The notes under the pieces were generated by a model that did not search any database, was not told where the DNA came from, and saw only the letters and a list, made by a program, of their open reading frames with translations. 58,641 bases of DNA, from IMG/VR virus record IMGVR_UViG_3300021090_000949, positions 1 through 58,641 of that record, one strand, 5' to 3'. The DNA comes from a virus. Lineage: Duplodnaviria; Caudoviricetes. This document shows positions 26,422 through 36,800 of the stretch, piece by piece (the first letter of the stretch is position 1; each line of letters begins with the position of its first letter). Both the position numbers and the translations under genes were made by a program.

Positions 26422-27416
26422 TATGCCTCCATCTCAATCCCAAATTCCGCGGCGTTGAGATCTGTCTCGTCCCAGGCACCTGAGCTATCGGGCTGGGTCG
26501 CCCAGATCGCCTGGCTGACTCTATAGCTGTCGAACACGGTCAGCGCGGTTCCAGAGGAGTAATTGGTCGTAGCCTGGCGAATCACCCCCTTGACCGTGCG
26601 GGCTCCGACGTCATCTTTTCTGACTGCCATATTGACAGCGACCGCATGGATCGCACCGCCCGTAGCCTCAATATCGGGGACCGTGTAGGTGTCGATCTGA
26701 CCGGCAGTATCCTCCGAATTGTAAGTGGTATCATCGTCGGAATCGCCATCGTCATCGACGTTTTGGTAGTTCGACCCGGCTGAGGGAGCCCATTCGGTGG
26801 TAGCGCCTGCACCATTAGGCATCAGGACATCAACTCGACAATCCCCTTTGAAATCAGCATCGTCGATAAAGAGATCATCCCAGTAATGCGCGAATGATCC
26901 CCCTCCGATCCGGAAGACATCTGCGCCGCTTGATACCTGCTGAGTGTCGACGCCCGAGGCCGTGGCCACCGCCGCGCCATTGACCCGGATCTCGACCGAA
27001 CCGGTGGAATCGTGGAAGACCACCTTTGCTTCGATGTAAACGCGGGTATTTATCGGGATCACGCCTGCCGCTGAGATGCAGAGCTGAGTGCCCGCCGTCG
27101 TGCCGCGATAGGCTGCGATCGCGCCAGTAGCTGTTACCGCAATAGAGACCTGGGCGGTCGTACCGTTGCGAAACACGATACCATCATGTGACGCAGGAAC
27201 AGCCGTGTAAAGAAATGCTGCGCCGAATACTATTGTAGTCATGGCGCTGGGGAGCGCCAGGGAAGCGAAATCCGCGGAATTGTTTATTTCGAGCGACTTA
27301 CTCCCAGCGCGCAGCACCGGCGATGAGACTATTGCGGCTCCCGATTGGCTCGTCCATTTGCGATCGATCTCTGCTGTCACGTAATGATCAAAGCCGTCAA
27401 TAAAGATGATGGCCAT
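26421..27416 (-). CDS. Tail-associated beta-sandwich (ConA/LamG-like) protein
   Basis: MAIIFIDGFDHY start, VEIRVNG, YWDDLFI; tail-tip location. Confidence 0.7.
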   Translation of the reverse strand: MAIIFIDGFDHYVTAEIDRKWTSQSGAAIVSSPVLRAGSKSLEINNSADFASLALPSAMTTIVFGAAFLYTAVPASHDGIVFRNGTTAQVSIAVTATGAIAAYRGTTAGTQLCISAAGVIPINTRVYIEAKVVFHDSTGSVEIRVNGAAVATASGVDTQQVSSGADVFRIGGGSFAHYWDDLFIDDADFKGDCRVDVLMPNGAGATTEWAPSAGSNYQNVDDDGDSDDDTTYNSEDTAGQIDTYTVPDIEATGGAIHAVAVNMAVRKDDVGARTVKGVIRQATTNYSSGTALTVFDSYRVSQAIWATQPDSSGAWDETDLNAAEFGIEMEA

Positions 27417-27419
27417 GGC

Positions 27420-28208
27420 TTATCCTCGCTTTCCTAACAATGTCAGATTGACCGAAGCTAAGGTCGCATCCTGTGAGCCAGGCGCCTCGATAGTCAGGAT
27501 GTCGCCCGCGGCAAAGCTCGCACCTGACGCAGAGGCAAAGGTTGGGACCGTGCCAGATATCGCAAACGTTGCAGTCCCGAACTCTGTCCCGTTTTTCTTG
27601 ATCGAGAAGATAGCCTCAGCAGTTGCAGAAGTACCTGCGATTCCCTGGGATCCAGTAAGACTCGATGCGAAAGTCACCGCCCGAACCATCTTGATGCGAG
27701 CAATCACCTCCCCTGCCTGTGGCTTGGTGGAGACATAGACTGGTACATCGTAGGCGATCTCCACAAATTCGAGCGCCGTCTCCCCTGTGTTGACACGCGC
27801 GAGTTTGAGCGCCTGTCCGGAATAGCTGTCGGGGGTGTCGATAAGGAATAAAAATGATATACCACCGCCAGTCGCCATGTCCACCCAGGCAGAGCCGTTG
27901 AAGACATAGAAGAGGTTCTCATCCTGCATGTACACCAGCCAGCCTTCGGCAGGCGTATGAAAAGCCCACGCCGATGACTGATAATAGGCGATATGAGTGG
28001 CATGGCCAACCCAAGCGCCGGTGGGAGATCCTGCCACGATATATGTGTCGCCATCGGCCGGTGATCCGGGCGGCGTCGCGAGATCCTTGTCTTTAACCGT
28101 AGCCTGGACGAGAGCGTCGACCGCCCGGATGACTCCCGTATTGACCGTGACCTCTTTCTGCGACTGACTGGCCGAGAGTTCGGCAATTGAGAGTTTAGGA
28201 CTTGCCAT
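27420..28208 (-). CDS. DUF2793 domain tail protein
   Basis: SQSQKEVTVN, PPGSPADGDTYIVA..GAWVGH..IAYY..W.F.TPAEGW. Confidence 0.85.
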   Translation of the reverse strand: MASPKLSIAELSASQSQKEVTVNTGVIRAVDALVQATVKDKDLATPPGSPADGDTYIVAGSPTGAWVGHATHIAYYQSSAWAFHTPAEGWLVYMQDENLFYVFNGSAWVDMATGGGISFLFLIDTPDSYSGQALKLARVNTGETALEFVEIAYDVPVYVSTKPQAGEVIARIKMVRAVTFASSLTGSQGIAGTSATAEAIFSIKKNGTEFGTATFAISGTVPTFASASGASFAAGDILTIEAPGSQDATLASVNLTLLGKRG

Positions 28209-28212
28209 CGTT

Positions 28213-28473
28213 CTATCCCTTCGCTACGCCCGACCAACCGTCGAGCTTTATCCATTCGTGAAATTTGCAACCTTCGGTCGGGCAAACGACACTCGGAGTC
28301 ACGATGCCATCCTGGTCGATCTTATGATGAGATAGCGACGCGACCTGGCCGCAGTCCGGACAGGAGAGGCCCGCGGTCCTCACACCATCCGCCTTCAGGC
28401 CACGCCATTGACCAGGATTCTTCACCGACCAAAACTCTTCAGCGTTCTTCGATTGAGCTATCATCTTGATCAT
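28213..28473 (-). CDS. Small Cys/His metal-binding protein (DUF6527-like)
   Basis: CPDC..H..DG.VTPSVVC..GC.FH.WI. Confidence 0.55.
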   Translation of the reverse strand: MIKMIAQSKNAEEFWSVKNPGQWRGLKADGVRTAGLSCPDCGQVASLSHHKIDQDGIVTPSVVCPTEGCKFHEWIKLDGWSGVAKG

Positions 28474-31400
28474 ACAGTAGCTTCCTGGCCGAAGCCACGC
28501 CCGACGATGGATGAGATTTGATAGATGACGACCGTCACCGGGTTTCCAGGGGTGAGGCTATCCTCGGTCTGCTGAGCCGCGGTATATGAGGCAGACGCCG
28601 ATGACAGACCGGTAATGGTCCGGAGCACCGCACCTCCGGGCGCGGTGAGTACGTCCGCCTCATAGGCCTCGACTGATTCTCCTAATGGAACGTCGATTGC
28701 ATCCGCCCATTCACCGGCGACCCGTGTGCGGCGAATCCAAGTGATTGTCAGGTTATTACTGCCGTCCCGACTCCCCTCGATATGCACCGGCGAGAGTGGT
28801 TTCATATTGCGGAGTTCGCAGGTGAACGCCTGTTGTAGTCCGCTGTCAAAAGCGGTGCCAAGCGTTACCGCCCGGTAGAAAAGCTCTATATTCTGATCAG
28901 AAACTCCGAGCTGGGCGAAGTGGATCTTCGACGCATCGAGAACGGCGAATCGATCTCCGATCGAATGCCCATCGGTGGCATATTCTGTCCCTTTTCGTCC
29001 GCGCAGAAGTCGCGATAGTGTGAACGAACCATCCGCTTCGGCCACAACGTTTTGCCACTGTATGATTTCGTTCGCTATGATCCCAACGTTTGCGCCGTTG
29101 AGGACCTCTGCTTCGGTAGCTGAGGTCAGGGTGTCAGTTGTATCTGACAAAAAGACCCTGAGCGAGTTCCCCTCGTCCCAGACGTTCGGATCAGCAACGT
29201 CGGCCAGTGCGTTGGTAGATGCTCCGATCGTCCCATCATTCACCACGCGTACGAGAATAGTCCAACTGGAACCGTCGATCGATCTGAAAACGGTGGCACC
29301 GCGCCAGTTGGTGGTGACGCCGGTGGCCGCCAGATAGACACCCGGGGTATCGGTCGAATCAGATAACAACGGGCAATCGATGAGTTCATACGCAGTCGGC
29401 CCCTGCCAGTCAATGCCACCCGGCTGATCAGGAAGAATAACTCCGAGGGCATTGGACGAATAGGCCGCCACGTCGTCATCCACGCAGGAGAGTTGCAATA
29501 CGCCGCCGGCATTCTTGATCTGGACGATGCGCAGCCGGTGCTCTGTGCCTGCCGCAGTGACGGTGATGATATCAGTGGGATCGAGCTTGATCTGCTTGCG
29601 ACCAACTGCGATCTCTGAGGCACTGCGTGCAGTCCAGGCGAGTTTCAGATGCTTCTCCGCGAGCTGGGCCGCCTCTGCAGCATCCATCACCAGAGGTAAT
29701 CGGATCGTCACTACCAGATCGGTATCCACGGCTTGGCGGCTGGCGCGTTGGATGCCAACTCTATATGTTGAAGCCGAAGAATTGGTTGACCAGTCAGTGC
29801 CATCAAACACGAAGTAACTCAGTCGATCTTCCGCGAAGATCCTCCAGCCCTCGAGCGGCGTCACGAATTCCCAGCCCCCGGCCGTCCAATAGGCCAGTTC
29901 ATCATCATGGCCGATCCAGGCGCCTGAACCAATGGTGGTTTGGCCTATCACATAGACGTCACCGATGGTTGGCGATATGGGCGGCTCCGCCAGGCCGAAT
30001 TCGACTACCCGCTCATTGATCAACAGCGCGTCCATGTATTCGATCTCGACGATACGCGGGACCTCCCAGAGTTCAGTTCGCGTCTTAGTCAGCGTTTGCG
30101 GTCGTGCACTGTTTTGCTGGTGCGCTCCCAGGTCGACCTCCGCGATCGCGGCAACGGACGAGCCGAGCCTCTTCGGGAACTTGATCTTGCCATCGGATTC
30201 GCACGCATCGAAGAGATAAGCGGCCATCAGCGCTTCGATCGCTGCCCGGCCGGACATCCGGTTATCGATACAAAACCCTTTAACGGTATCAGTCAGCTCG
30301 GTCACCTCGATATCACCTTCCGCCAACCCGAGTTGTCCACAGATATCCGTTACCACGTCGGAGAGCGGCACGCCATTGCCCACCAGGCGATCAAGATAGA
30401 CACGGACGAAGCCGCCTGACGGTGAAACCGCATTGGAACCATACCAATAGCTATGCATCACACTGTCATAGAAGCCGCCCGCGGTCTTGGTGAGCGGGAG
30501 CGTATAGGTTGCCGCAATCGATTGGGAGGCGAGATCGATCTTATAGAGCGAGGTCTGTTTGCCGATCCAGAGACTCCCATCCACGGGGCCTCGCTTGAAA
30601 TCCGACACAGCCCGGTTGCCCACAACACCGGCGATAGTCGCGATATGTGCCATGGTATCTGCATCGAAGAAGGCGAGGTCCTCGGTCGACGTGCTGCCGA
30701 CCATCACCTGATTGGTGATCGGGTCGAAGCAAATGCGATCGCCGTCCTGGATGTAGGCCGTGATATCAAATTCTTCCGGAGTCGTGCCGTCGAACAGCAC
30801 CACGTAGGTTGTTCCGGCACTATCCCCGCTTGAGCAGATCACATAGGCGGTCGGCCGAGTGTAATCGAACCTTCCCTGGGGTCGGGCAGAGATCATATGG
30901 CCATCCGCCGGCAAGGCATAACTGAGGATCGGGTCGTGGCGATAATCGGTGAACCAATAGAAGGTTGAGGCGCCGCCTATGGATAAAGCAAAGAGGACTC
31001 TGGGAGCGTCCGGTGCAGTAGTGATCTGGCGACCGCCATAGGTAACCTGCTGTAGTCCCTGCACTATCTCTTCCCCGGCATCGGCGATCAGGAAGCTCTG
31101 CGCGATCAAGCGTCGAATCGAATAGGTGTTGAATTCTACACCCGGTGCCGCGATATAGAGGTTGAAGTTCCTGTCGAAATCCCAACCACCATTCACCGAA
31201 CCGACATCATCATTGTCGACCTGCAACTGAATGGTCCCGGTTCGGAGATCAATCCGTGTCCACAAGCCCGAGGTATGCAGGACGGCGTAGAGCTGGCTGA
31301 TTGGATCCACCCTAAAGTCGTCCTGGTTTAGTGCCGCAAATGAGAGATCAGGGAGCTCGTCGTATGGTTGACTCGGCGTTGCATTGGTCGTGATTTCGAA

Positions 31401-32024
31401 TGTCAGATTGGGGATCCGATTGCCGAATTCGCCCAGAGGCAAATCATTGAAAACAATGTACGCCAATCCGCGATAGCCGGGTACGTTGCCTATTCCCTCG
31501 AAATGCTCCATCGTCGGATCGGCCGTCTGAGTTTCGTCACCGAGGTAGAGCCTATACGAGAGTCCAGGAATCCGTACGACATCGTGATTCGTCGTGGAAT
31601 TGTCAAAGATCAGCTTGGTATCTGCCCAGATGCGCAGGATCCCATCGATGGGCCCCTGGCATAATCCGACTGCGAGGGTGCCATAATAGGCGAACTCGGT
31701 TATCTCGGTATCGGGACCAAAGCAACCGCCTGAGATCTCATCGGTGAGGCGCTGTTCGCGCAGCGGCCGCGACCAGATGACGTTGCCGGCGAGTCGCATT
31801 GTCCCGTAAAGCCGTTGAATCGGAGTCCCATACGACGAGACCTGAACGAGCAGACTGTCCAGTCGCGGTCCCTGTTGCCGAATAGTATCCGGTCCGAGCC
31901 CGAGCACGTTGTAATCGATCCAGCGTCCGGCCGTCAACGCGGCCATCGATGCAAGCCCCTGAATGATAGGACCGAATGGTGCGGTCAGGACAAAAGCAGC
32001 TGCACCGAGAACTGGACCGGCCAT
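28470..32024 (-). CDS. Central tail tip / host-specificity (J-like, GTA megatron-like) protein
   Basis: GPRLDSL, YGTMRLAGNVIW, PGYRGLAYIVF..FGNRIPNLTFE, LSRLLRGRKGTE, WIRRTR. Confidence 0.9.
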   Translation of the reverse strand: MAGPVLGAAAFVLTAPFGPIIQGLASMAALTAGRWIDYNVLGLGPDTIRQQGPRLDSLLVQVSSYGTPIQRLYGTMRLAGNVIWSRPLREQRLTDEISGGCFGPDTEITEFAYYGTLAVGLCQGPIDGILRIWADTKLIFDNSTTNHDVVRIPGLSYRLYLGDETQTADPTMEHFEGIGNVPGYRGLAYIVFNDLPLGEFGNRIPNLTFEITTNATPSQPYDELPDLSFAALNQDDFRVDPISQLYAVLHTSGLWTRIDLRTGTIQLQVDNDDVGSVNGGWDFDRNFNLYIAAPGVEFNTYSIRRLIAQSFLIADAGEEIVQGLQQVTYGGRQITTAPDAPRVLFALSIGGASTFYWFTDYRHDPILSYALPADGHMISARPQGRFDYTRPTAYVICSSGDSAGTTYVVLFDGTTPEEFDITAYIQDGDRICFDPITNQVMVGSTSTEDLAFFDADTMAHIATIAGVVGNRAVSDFKRGPVDGSLWIGKQTSLYKIDLASQSIAATYTLPLTKTAGGFYDSVMHSYWYGSNAVSPSGGFVRVYLDRLVGNGVPLSDVVTDICGQLGLAEGDIEVTELTDTVKGFCIDNRMSGRAAIEALMAAYLFDACESDGKIKFPKRLGSSVAAIAEVDLGAHQQNSARPQTLTKTRTELWEVPRIVEIEYMDALLINERVVEFGLAEPPISPTIGDVYVIGQTTIGSGAWIGHDDELAYWTAGGWEFVTPLEGWRIFAEDRLSYFVFDGTDWSTNSSASTYRVGIQRASRQAVDTDLVVTIRLPLVMDAAEAAQLAEKHLKLAWTARSASEIAVGRKQIKLDPTDIITVTAAGTEHRLRIVQIKNAGGVLQLSCVDDDVAAYSSNALGVILPDQPGGIDWQGPTAYELIDCPLLSDSTDTPGVYLAATGVTTNWRGATVFRSIDGSSWTILVRVVNDGTIGASTNALADVADPNVWDEGNSLRVFLSDTTDTLTSATEAEVLNGANVGIIANEIIQWQNVVAEADGSFTLSRLLRGRKGTEYATDGHSIGDRFAVLDASKIHFAQLGVSDQNIELFYRAVTLGTAFDSGLQQAFTCELRNMKPLSPVHIEGSRDGSNNLTITWIRRTRVAGEWADAIDVPLGESVEAYEADVLTAPGGAVLRTITGLSSASASYTAAQQTEDSLTPGNPVTVVIYQISSIVGRGFGQEATV

Positions 32025-32434
32025 CAGGACGCCTCCAGGCAATGCAGGCGATAGAGTCCGACCCAGTATGGTTTGACATCTGGATGATTCAGAGGCTGCT
32101 CCACGACCCGCTTTGCATGCGCCAGACTATGAATCACGGTCCCCTCACCGGTCAACACGCCAATATGATTCGACTCGCCGCGATAGTTGAGCACAGCGAT
32201 GTCGCCGGACTGAGCTTCGGAGAATTCTATCCGGCGTCCATTCGCTCGGAGCTGACTGAGCACAGAATCGCTTGATACCTGTTTGCCATATGGCTCCACT
32301 CGGAGCGATACCCCAAGGGTGGCCAGCGACAAAACAACGACGCCGACACAATCGATTCCTTTCCGGTTGCGTCCCTGATACCGGAACCGTACGCCCAACC
32401 AACTACGAACCTCTGCGACAAACCGAGTTCTCAT
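32024..32434 (-). CDS. NlpC/P60 tail peptidase
   Basis: SWLGVRFRYQGR..GIDCVG, HIGV, IHS. Confidence 0.9.
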   Translation of the reverse strand: MRTRFVAEVRSWLGVRFRYQGRNRKGIDCVGVVVLSLATLGVSLRVEPYGKQVSSDSVLSQLRANGRRIEFSEAQSGDIAVLNYRGESNHIGVLTGEGTVIHSLAHAKRVVEQPLNHPDVKPYWVGLYRLHCLEAS

Positions 32435-33306
32435 CCGCCTACCTCATAATCAAGTAGCACGTCCGGACCAGGTACGAATGGCTCCCCCCGAAAATTGACG
32501 AAGTTATTGAAACGATTCTTGCATGTGATCTGAGATTTGTCACAGCCCCAACGCATCTCGTAGGTGTCGCCGATCGTGATGTCGAACGGCATTTTGAGCC
32601 ACAAGGTGATCTGGTCCGTGGCAGGATCGAAAGACTGAACTTCCATCGACAATCCAGTATTGAGTCCGCCCGCCGATGCTCCCCCGGTCCAGGTCAGCAG
32701 ACCGTAGGCGAAGACATCGGATGCTTCCGCGCGAGAGCTATCCACAAAGATCTGCCGGTCCGTGATGGCAGTAACCGAGCCGGAAACGATATACGGTGAG
32801 GCGGAGCCAAAGTCGACGCCACATCTGACGTCCCCCAACGTCGCACGACAGGCGGGACTATAGAGTTCGATCAGACCGGCATTCAACTGTTGAGCGCGAC
32901 TGCGGACTTCGGCAATGGCTATGTAGTCGCGCAACTCTATATTCCCAACGAGCCAATTCTGTGCCAGCAGGACCTTGCCCATGGTCAGATCAGCCCAGTT
33001 GACCAGAAAGACGTCGATAACAGCGCCATCGAACAAATTCCCCTCAATGTCAGCTTTAGTTATCCCAGCGTCATCAAAGGAGAATGCTACTTCGAGATTA
33101 TCAACCCCCAGCCCGGCTTGTTGTTCGAATTGCGATAGGATAGTGCCGTTGACGGGATCGTAGGTATCGCCATCGATAACAAGTGGCGCATCATGGCCGG
33201 TGTGGAAATACTCTATCCCGTCGGTGCGGGTCAATTTCCAACAGGCAGCCACCGTGGTGAAACTTAAGCCAAAATGTGCGAGCAGGCTGGCGCCGATCGT
33301 TTTCAC
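32431..33306 (-). CDS. DUF2163 / BR0599-type baseplate hub protein
   Basis: CWKLTRTDG, CRATLGDVRCGV, GCDKS..C..RFNN..NFRGEP. Confidence 0.9.
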   Translation of the reverse strand: MKTIGASLLAHFGLSFTTVAACWKLTRTDGIEYFHTGHDAPLVIDGDTYDPVNGTILSQFEQQAGLGVDNLEVAFSFDDAGITKADIEGNLFDGAVIDVFLVNWADLTMGKVLLAQNWLVGNIELRDYIAIAEVRSRAQQLNAGLIELYSPACRATLGDVRCGVDFGSASPYIVSGSVTAITDRQIFVDSSRAEASDVFAYGLLTWTGGASAGGLNTGLSMEVQSFDPATDQITLWLKMPFDITIGDTYEMRWGCDKSQITCKNRFNNFVNFRGEPFVPGPDVLLDYEVGG

Positions 33307-33899
33307 AACTTGAGCTCCACCAGCGGTACCGCCGTCGACAGTGCTTGGTAAGTTGAGAGCGTGACCGGTAGATCGTCCGTATCGAAACGCATCGGCACAT
33401 CAAAGGAGAACGAGGCGGTCACTGCCACGCCGACGCCCGGGGGCGAGCTGAACGTAACAATCCCCGTGGTAATATCGATCGTCCACCCAGAGGACTGGAG
33501 CACGCCGGCGAGATAGACCGTGGTGCTGCTGGCGACCGGCTTGGATATCTTCCGGTCGTAATTCTGTCCGCCAAAAGAATACCGCTTCGAAAGTTGGAAG
33601 GCCTTAAGAGCCCCCGTGCCCGTACCGATGGGACTCAAGCTCGCCTGGAAATCGACCCAGTTCTTGAAGCGGAATCCGTGCGCCTTTCCCTGGCAGACCA
33701 TGAAGAACTGCAGCAGCGAGAGCACGTCAGCTTCCGCCTTGACGCCATAGGCGACATTCCATTTCTCGATCGGTCGCGACCAATTCTGGTTGCGCGATTC
33801 CGTGCCGCCGGACCCAATGAATACATCAGTCGAGAAGCCCGGGCCACCCACTGAGTTGAATGAGATATCAGTTGGGAATTGGATCTCTAAGAATGCCAT
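33303..33899 (-). CDS. DUF2460 distal tail protein
   Basis: FPTDI..GGPGFST, G.E.RN.NW, GFRFKNW.D, FDVPMRFDTD. Confidence 0.9.
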   Translation of the reverse strand: MAFLEIQFPTDISFNSVGGPGFSTDVFIGSGGTESRNQNWSRPIEKWNVAYGVKAEADVLSLLQFFMVCQGKAHGFRFKNWVDFQASLSPIGTGTGALKAFQLSKRYSFGGQNYDRKISKPVASSTTVYLAGVLQSSGWTIDITTGIVTFSSPPGVGVAVTASFSFDVPMRFDTDDLPVTLSTYQALSTAVPLVELKL

Positions 33900-36800
33900 T
33901 AACGGTTCCTCCGAAACGCCTGTCCCGCGCGTACCTGAGCTTCTGCCATTAATTGACTCGAACTCGCTTTGAACGATGCCACGTCGGGAGTGACGACGGT
34001 CATCTGGATAGTTATAGAATCGCCGCCGCGCGTATCCCCCGCCGGGTTGACGCGGTCCCAGAATCCGGGCTGGTCGGTGGGCAACACCATCTCGGTGCCG
34101 CGTTCGCCCAGCAGCGCGATGGTCGGTCCGGTCACGATGCCGCCATCGGCAAATTTCGGCAGGCCGAGCCTATCAGCCAGCGCCTCGAGGTTGGGAGCTT
34201 GGGCTATTGTGCGGCGCATATCGGCCTCGACCGAACCAACGTCAATGCCGGTCATCGTACCGATGTCGGTCATGCCTCCGGGCAATGCCTGCAACCGAGT
34301 CTGGGCGGCATCCACCACGCGCTGATCAGCCTCAACCTGCACGGCCATCTCGGGCAATCCAAGGCTGCGCCAGAAATCCCCATCGTTGAGTTTGGGCATG
34401 GGAACAACGACCTCGGGACCGGCTTCGCCGATAAGTGCAAAGGTCGGTGATGTAATTAAGCCGCCAGAAGCAAAGGCGGGACTGAAATTACTACCGGATG
34501 GTAAATCCGGATTGCCGCCAGCAGCCGTCGTGGCGCTGCTCGTAAACAAATTGAATAGACCGCGGGTCAAAGATTGCGCCGCCAGGCGCGCAAACTCCTG
34601 AGCCATGTAGCGAGTGATGTCATTGATGATCGCCTTCACGAAGTCTCGGAATTTGACGAATTCCCCTTCCATGGTGCGGAAGAACGTATCTTCGAATGCC
34701 GAACTCATCGCCTCGGCCAGTTTGCGAGCATCTGCATCCAGTTCATTGAACCACTTCTCCCATGATTCTCCCCAAGCTTCGATCTCTTTTTCCTGATTCT
34801 CTAAATTTGCCTTGAAGTCTGCCGTTAACTGCCCGACGCGATCAGGATTAGATTTTTCCCATGCAAGTTGAAGATCAGCGAGGTTTTCCAACTGCAAAGC
34901 ATAATACTCGGACCAAACGGATTCGAGTTCCGAGGCAGTAAGCGCATTACTTCGGAGCAGGATCTCGAGTCCGGCGATCTGCTGATCTCTGAAACCACTT
35001 GCCACAGTATCAAGACCAGCCAGCTTGGCGTTCGTTTCGGCAACCAGCTTGTTGATTTCGACCAGTGAGTTTTTTTGTTTGAGCAACTTCTCGATGGATT
35101 TTTCGAGTTCATTGCCGACGCGTGATTCCACTTCCGGTCGGGCAGCTTCGAAGGCCTGACTGGAAAGTCCAGGCGTGGAGAGCAGAGTCTGCAATTCCTC
35201 AAATTCTTTCCGTAGCTCGCGAGTGTCGAGCGAAATCTTCAGGGCATGCTCGGTCTCATTAAAGTCCTTGATCTTGAGGCTGATATCCTCGAGCGTGAGC
35301 CCAACCGCATTCCGCAGGTCGGTCATCTTCTCGATCTCAAGCTTCAGCTCTTCAGTCCGTTGTTTGGTATACTCTGCCCACGACTTTTCGAGAGTGCTCG
35401 CCGAGAGCAGCCCTGAGTCCAGTAGCTTCTTCTGTTCATCGATCAGCCGCTGGATGATGCTCGCCTTCTTTTCGATCTTCTCTGCGTCGAGCGCAGCCTG
35501 GGCAGCCTGGCGGTAAGCCGCCTTGGCCGTCGCACCCAGGTTATCATATCTCTGGGCTTCCAATTCGATGCGCGCGAGTTGAGATTTGCTGTATGGTCCC
35601 CACAGGGCGTCGAGCTCAGCCACGGTCAGTTTCTGCGAAGCGAGGATCGGCTGATAGAGTGCTATAGCACGATCAAGCGGCGCCTTTTTCGCGTCGATCT
35701 TTGCGTCCGCAAGTTTTAACTTCTCTGCCTCGATGATCGCCGCTTTGGTCGCTGTCGAAATGTTCTCAAGGGCGTTCAGTTCTTTTTCAAGTCGGCCGAG
35801 CTGCAGACCAGTATAATCCGACCAGATCGCATTAAGCTGGCTCGCGCTGGCTTTGCCGGAACTGATCAGAGATTCATAGGCTTGTAAAGTGCGAGAGATA
35901 GTTTCATCGTCGAGCGGCCCTACTTCTTTTTTGGCCGCGGGTTCCTGCTCTTGCTTTCTGCGTTCGCGCTGGAAGTCACTAAGAAGTTTAAGGAACTCCG
36001 CACCCTGCTCTCTCAGGAGTTTTCTGGCATTATTAAAACCATTTGACGGGTCAAGTACATTGAATTCATCGCTGAGTTGCCTGAGTAGATCCAATTGTTC
36101 TTCGCGAGTCAATTTCAGAGCTGCCGTCCGACGATTGAGTTCCCGAACGAATGCCGGTTGTTGCCTCGCCAATTCATCGGTCTGACCGGCAAAAAGCTGT
36201 CCCAACTGTCCACTACTGCGTTGTGACTGGAGAAAAGCAGCCGGCTGTGCGTTTAGTCCTCTCAATGCACCTTCAGCGAGTTTGACCTCGGCAGCTTTGG
36301 ATTTTAACTCGTCAATGGCAGCATTGATAGCGGCACGATTCTGACGTCGATTGTATGCCTCTTGAGCATTTATATTCGCCCTGAGTACATCGGTATTGAT
36401 CTCGACTGCCTCATTGAGCGAGTTCCATCCGCTTACTGCACCTGGCATGAATGCAGCGATCTCGGCTATGATGTTGCGCTGCTTTCCCTGTTGCTCGGCA
36501 TTAAGTTTTCCGGAAAGAGTCAGGAAATCATATTGTGTCGCCAGAGACCGGATTCGATCGCCTTGCTTGGTATAATCAGTCGCTTGCTGTGACGTTAAAG
36601 CGAGCAGGTCGCTCGCACTCTTGGTTGCCCGATCCAATCCTCCGACAAGCGCCAGCAGATCATCCAGAGTTTGGTTTAGCCCGGGAGATAGCTTGTCAAA
36701 GAGATTTTCAGCTACATTCGAAGTTTCTGAACTGAGCAGAGCCATCTTCCCGGCCGTTTTCTCCATTGCGGCCGCTGCTCTGCCACCAAATCGGCTCTCC

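Noticed and set aside
28470-33899. Gene transfer agent
   Set aside because: Tail tip is GTA-like, but the element carries its own immunity, recombination and methylase genes and a long tape measure
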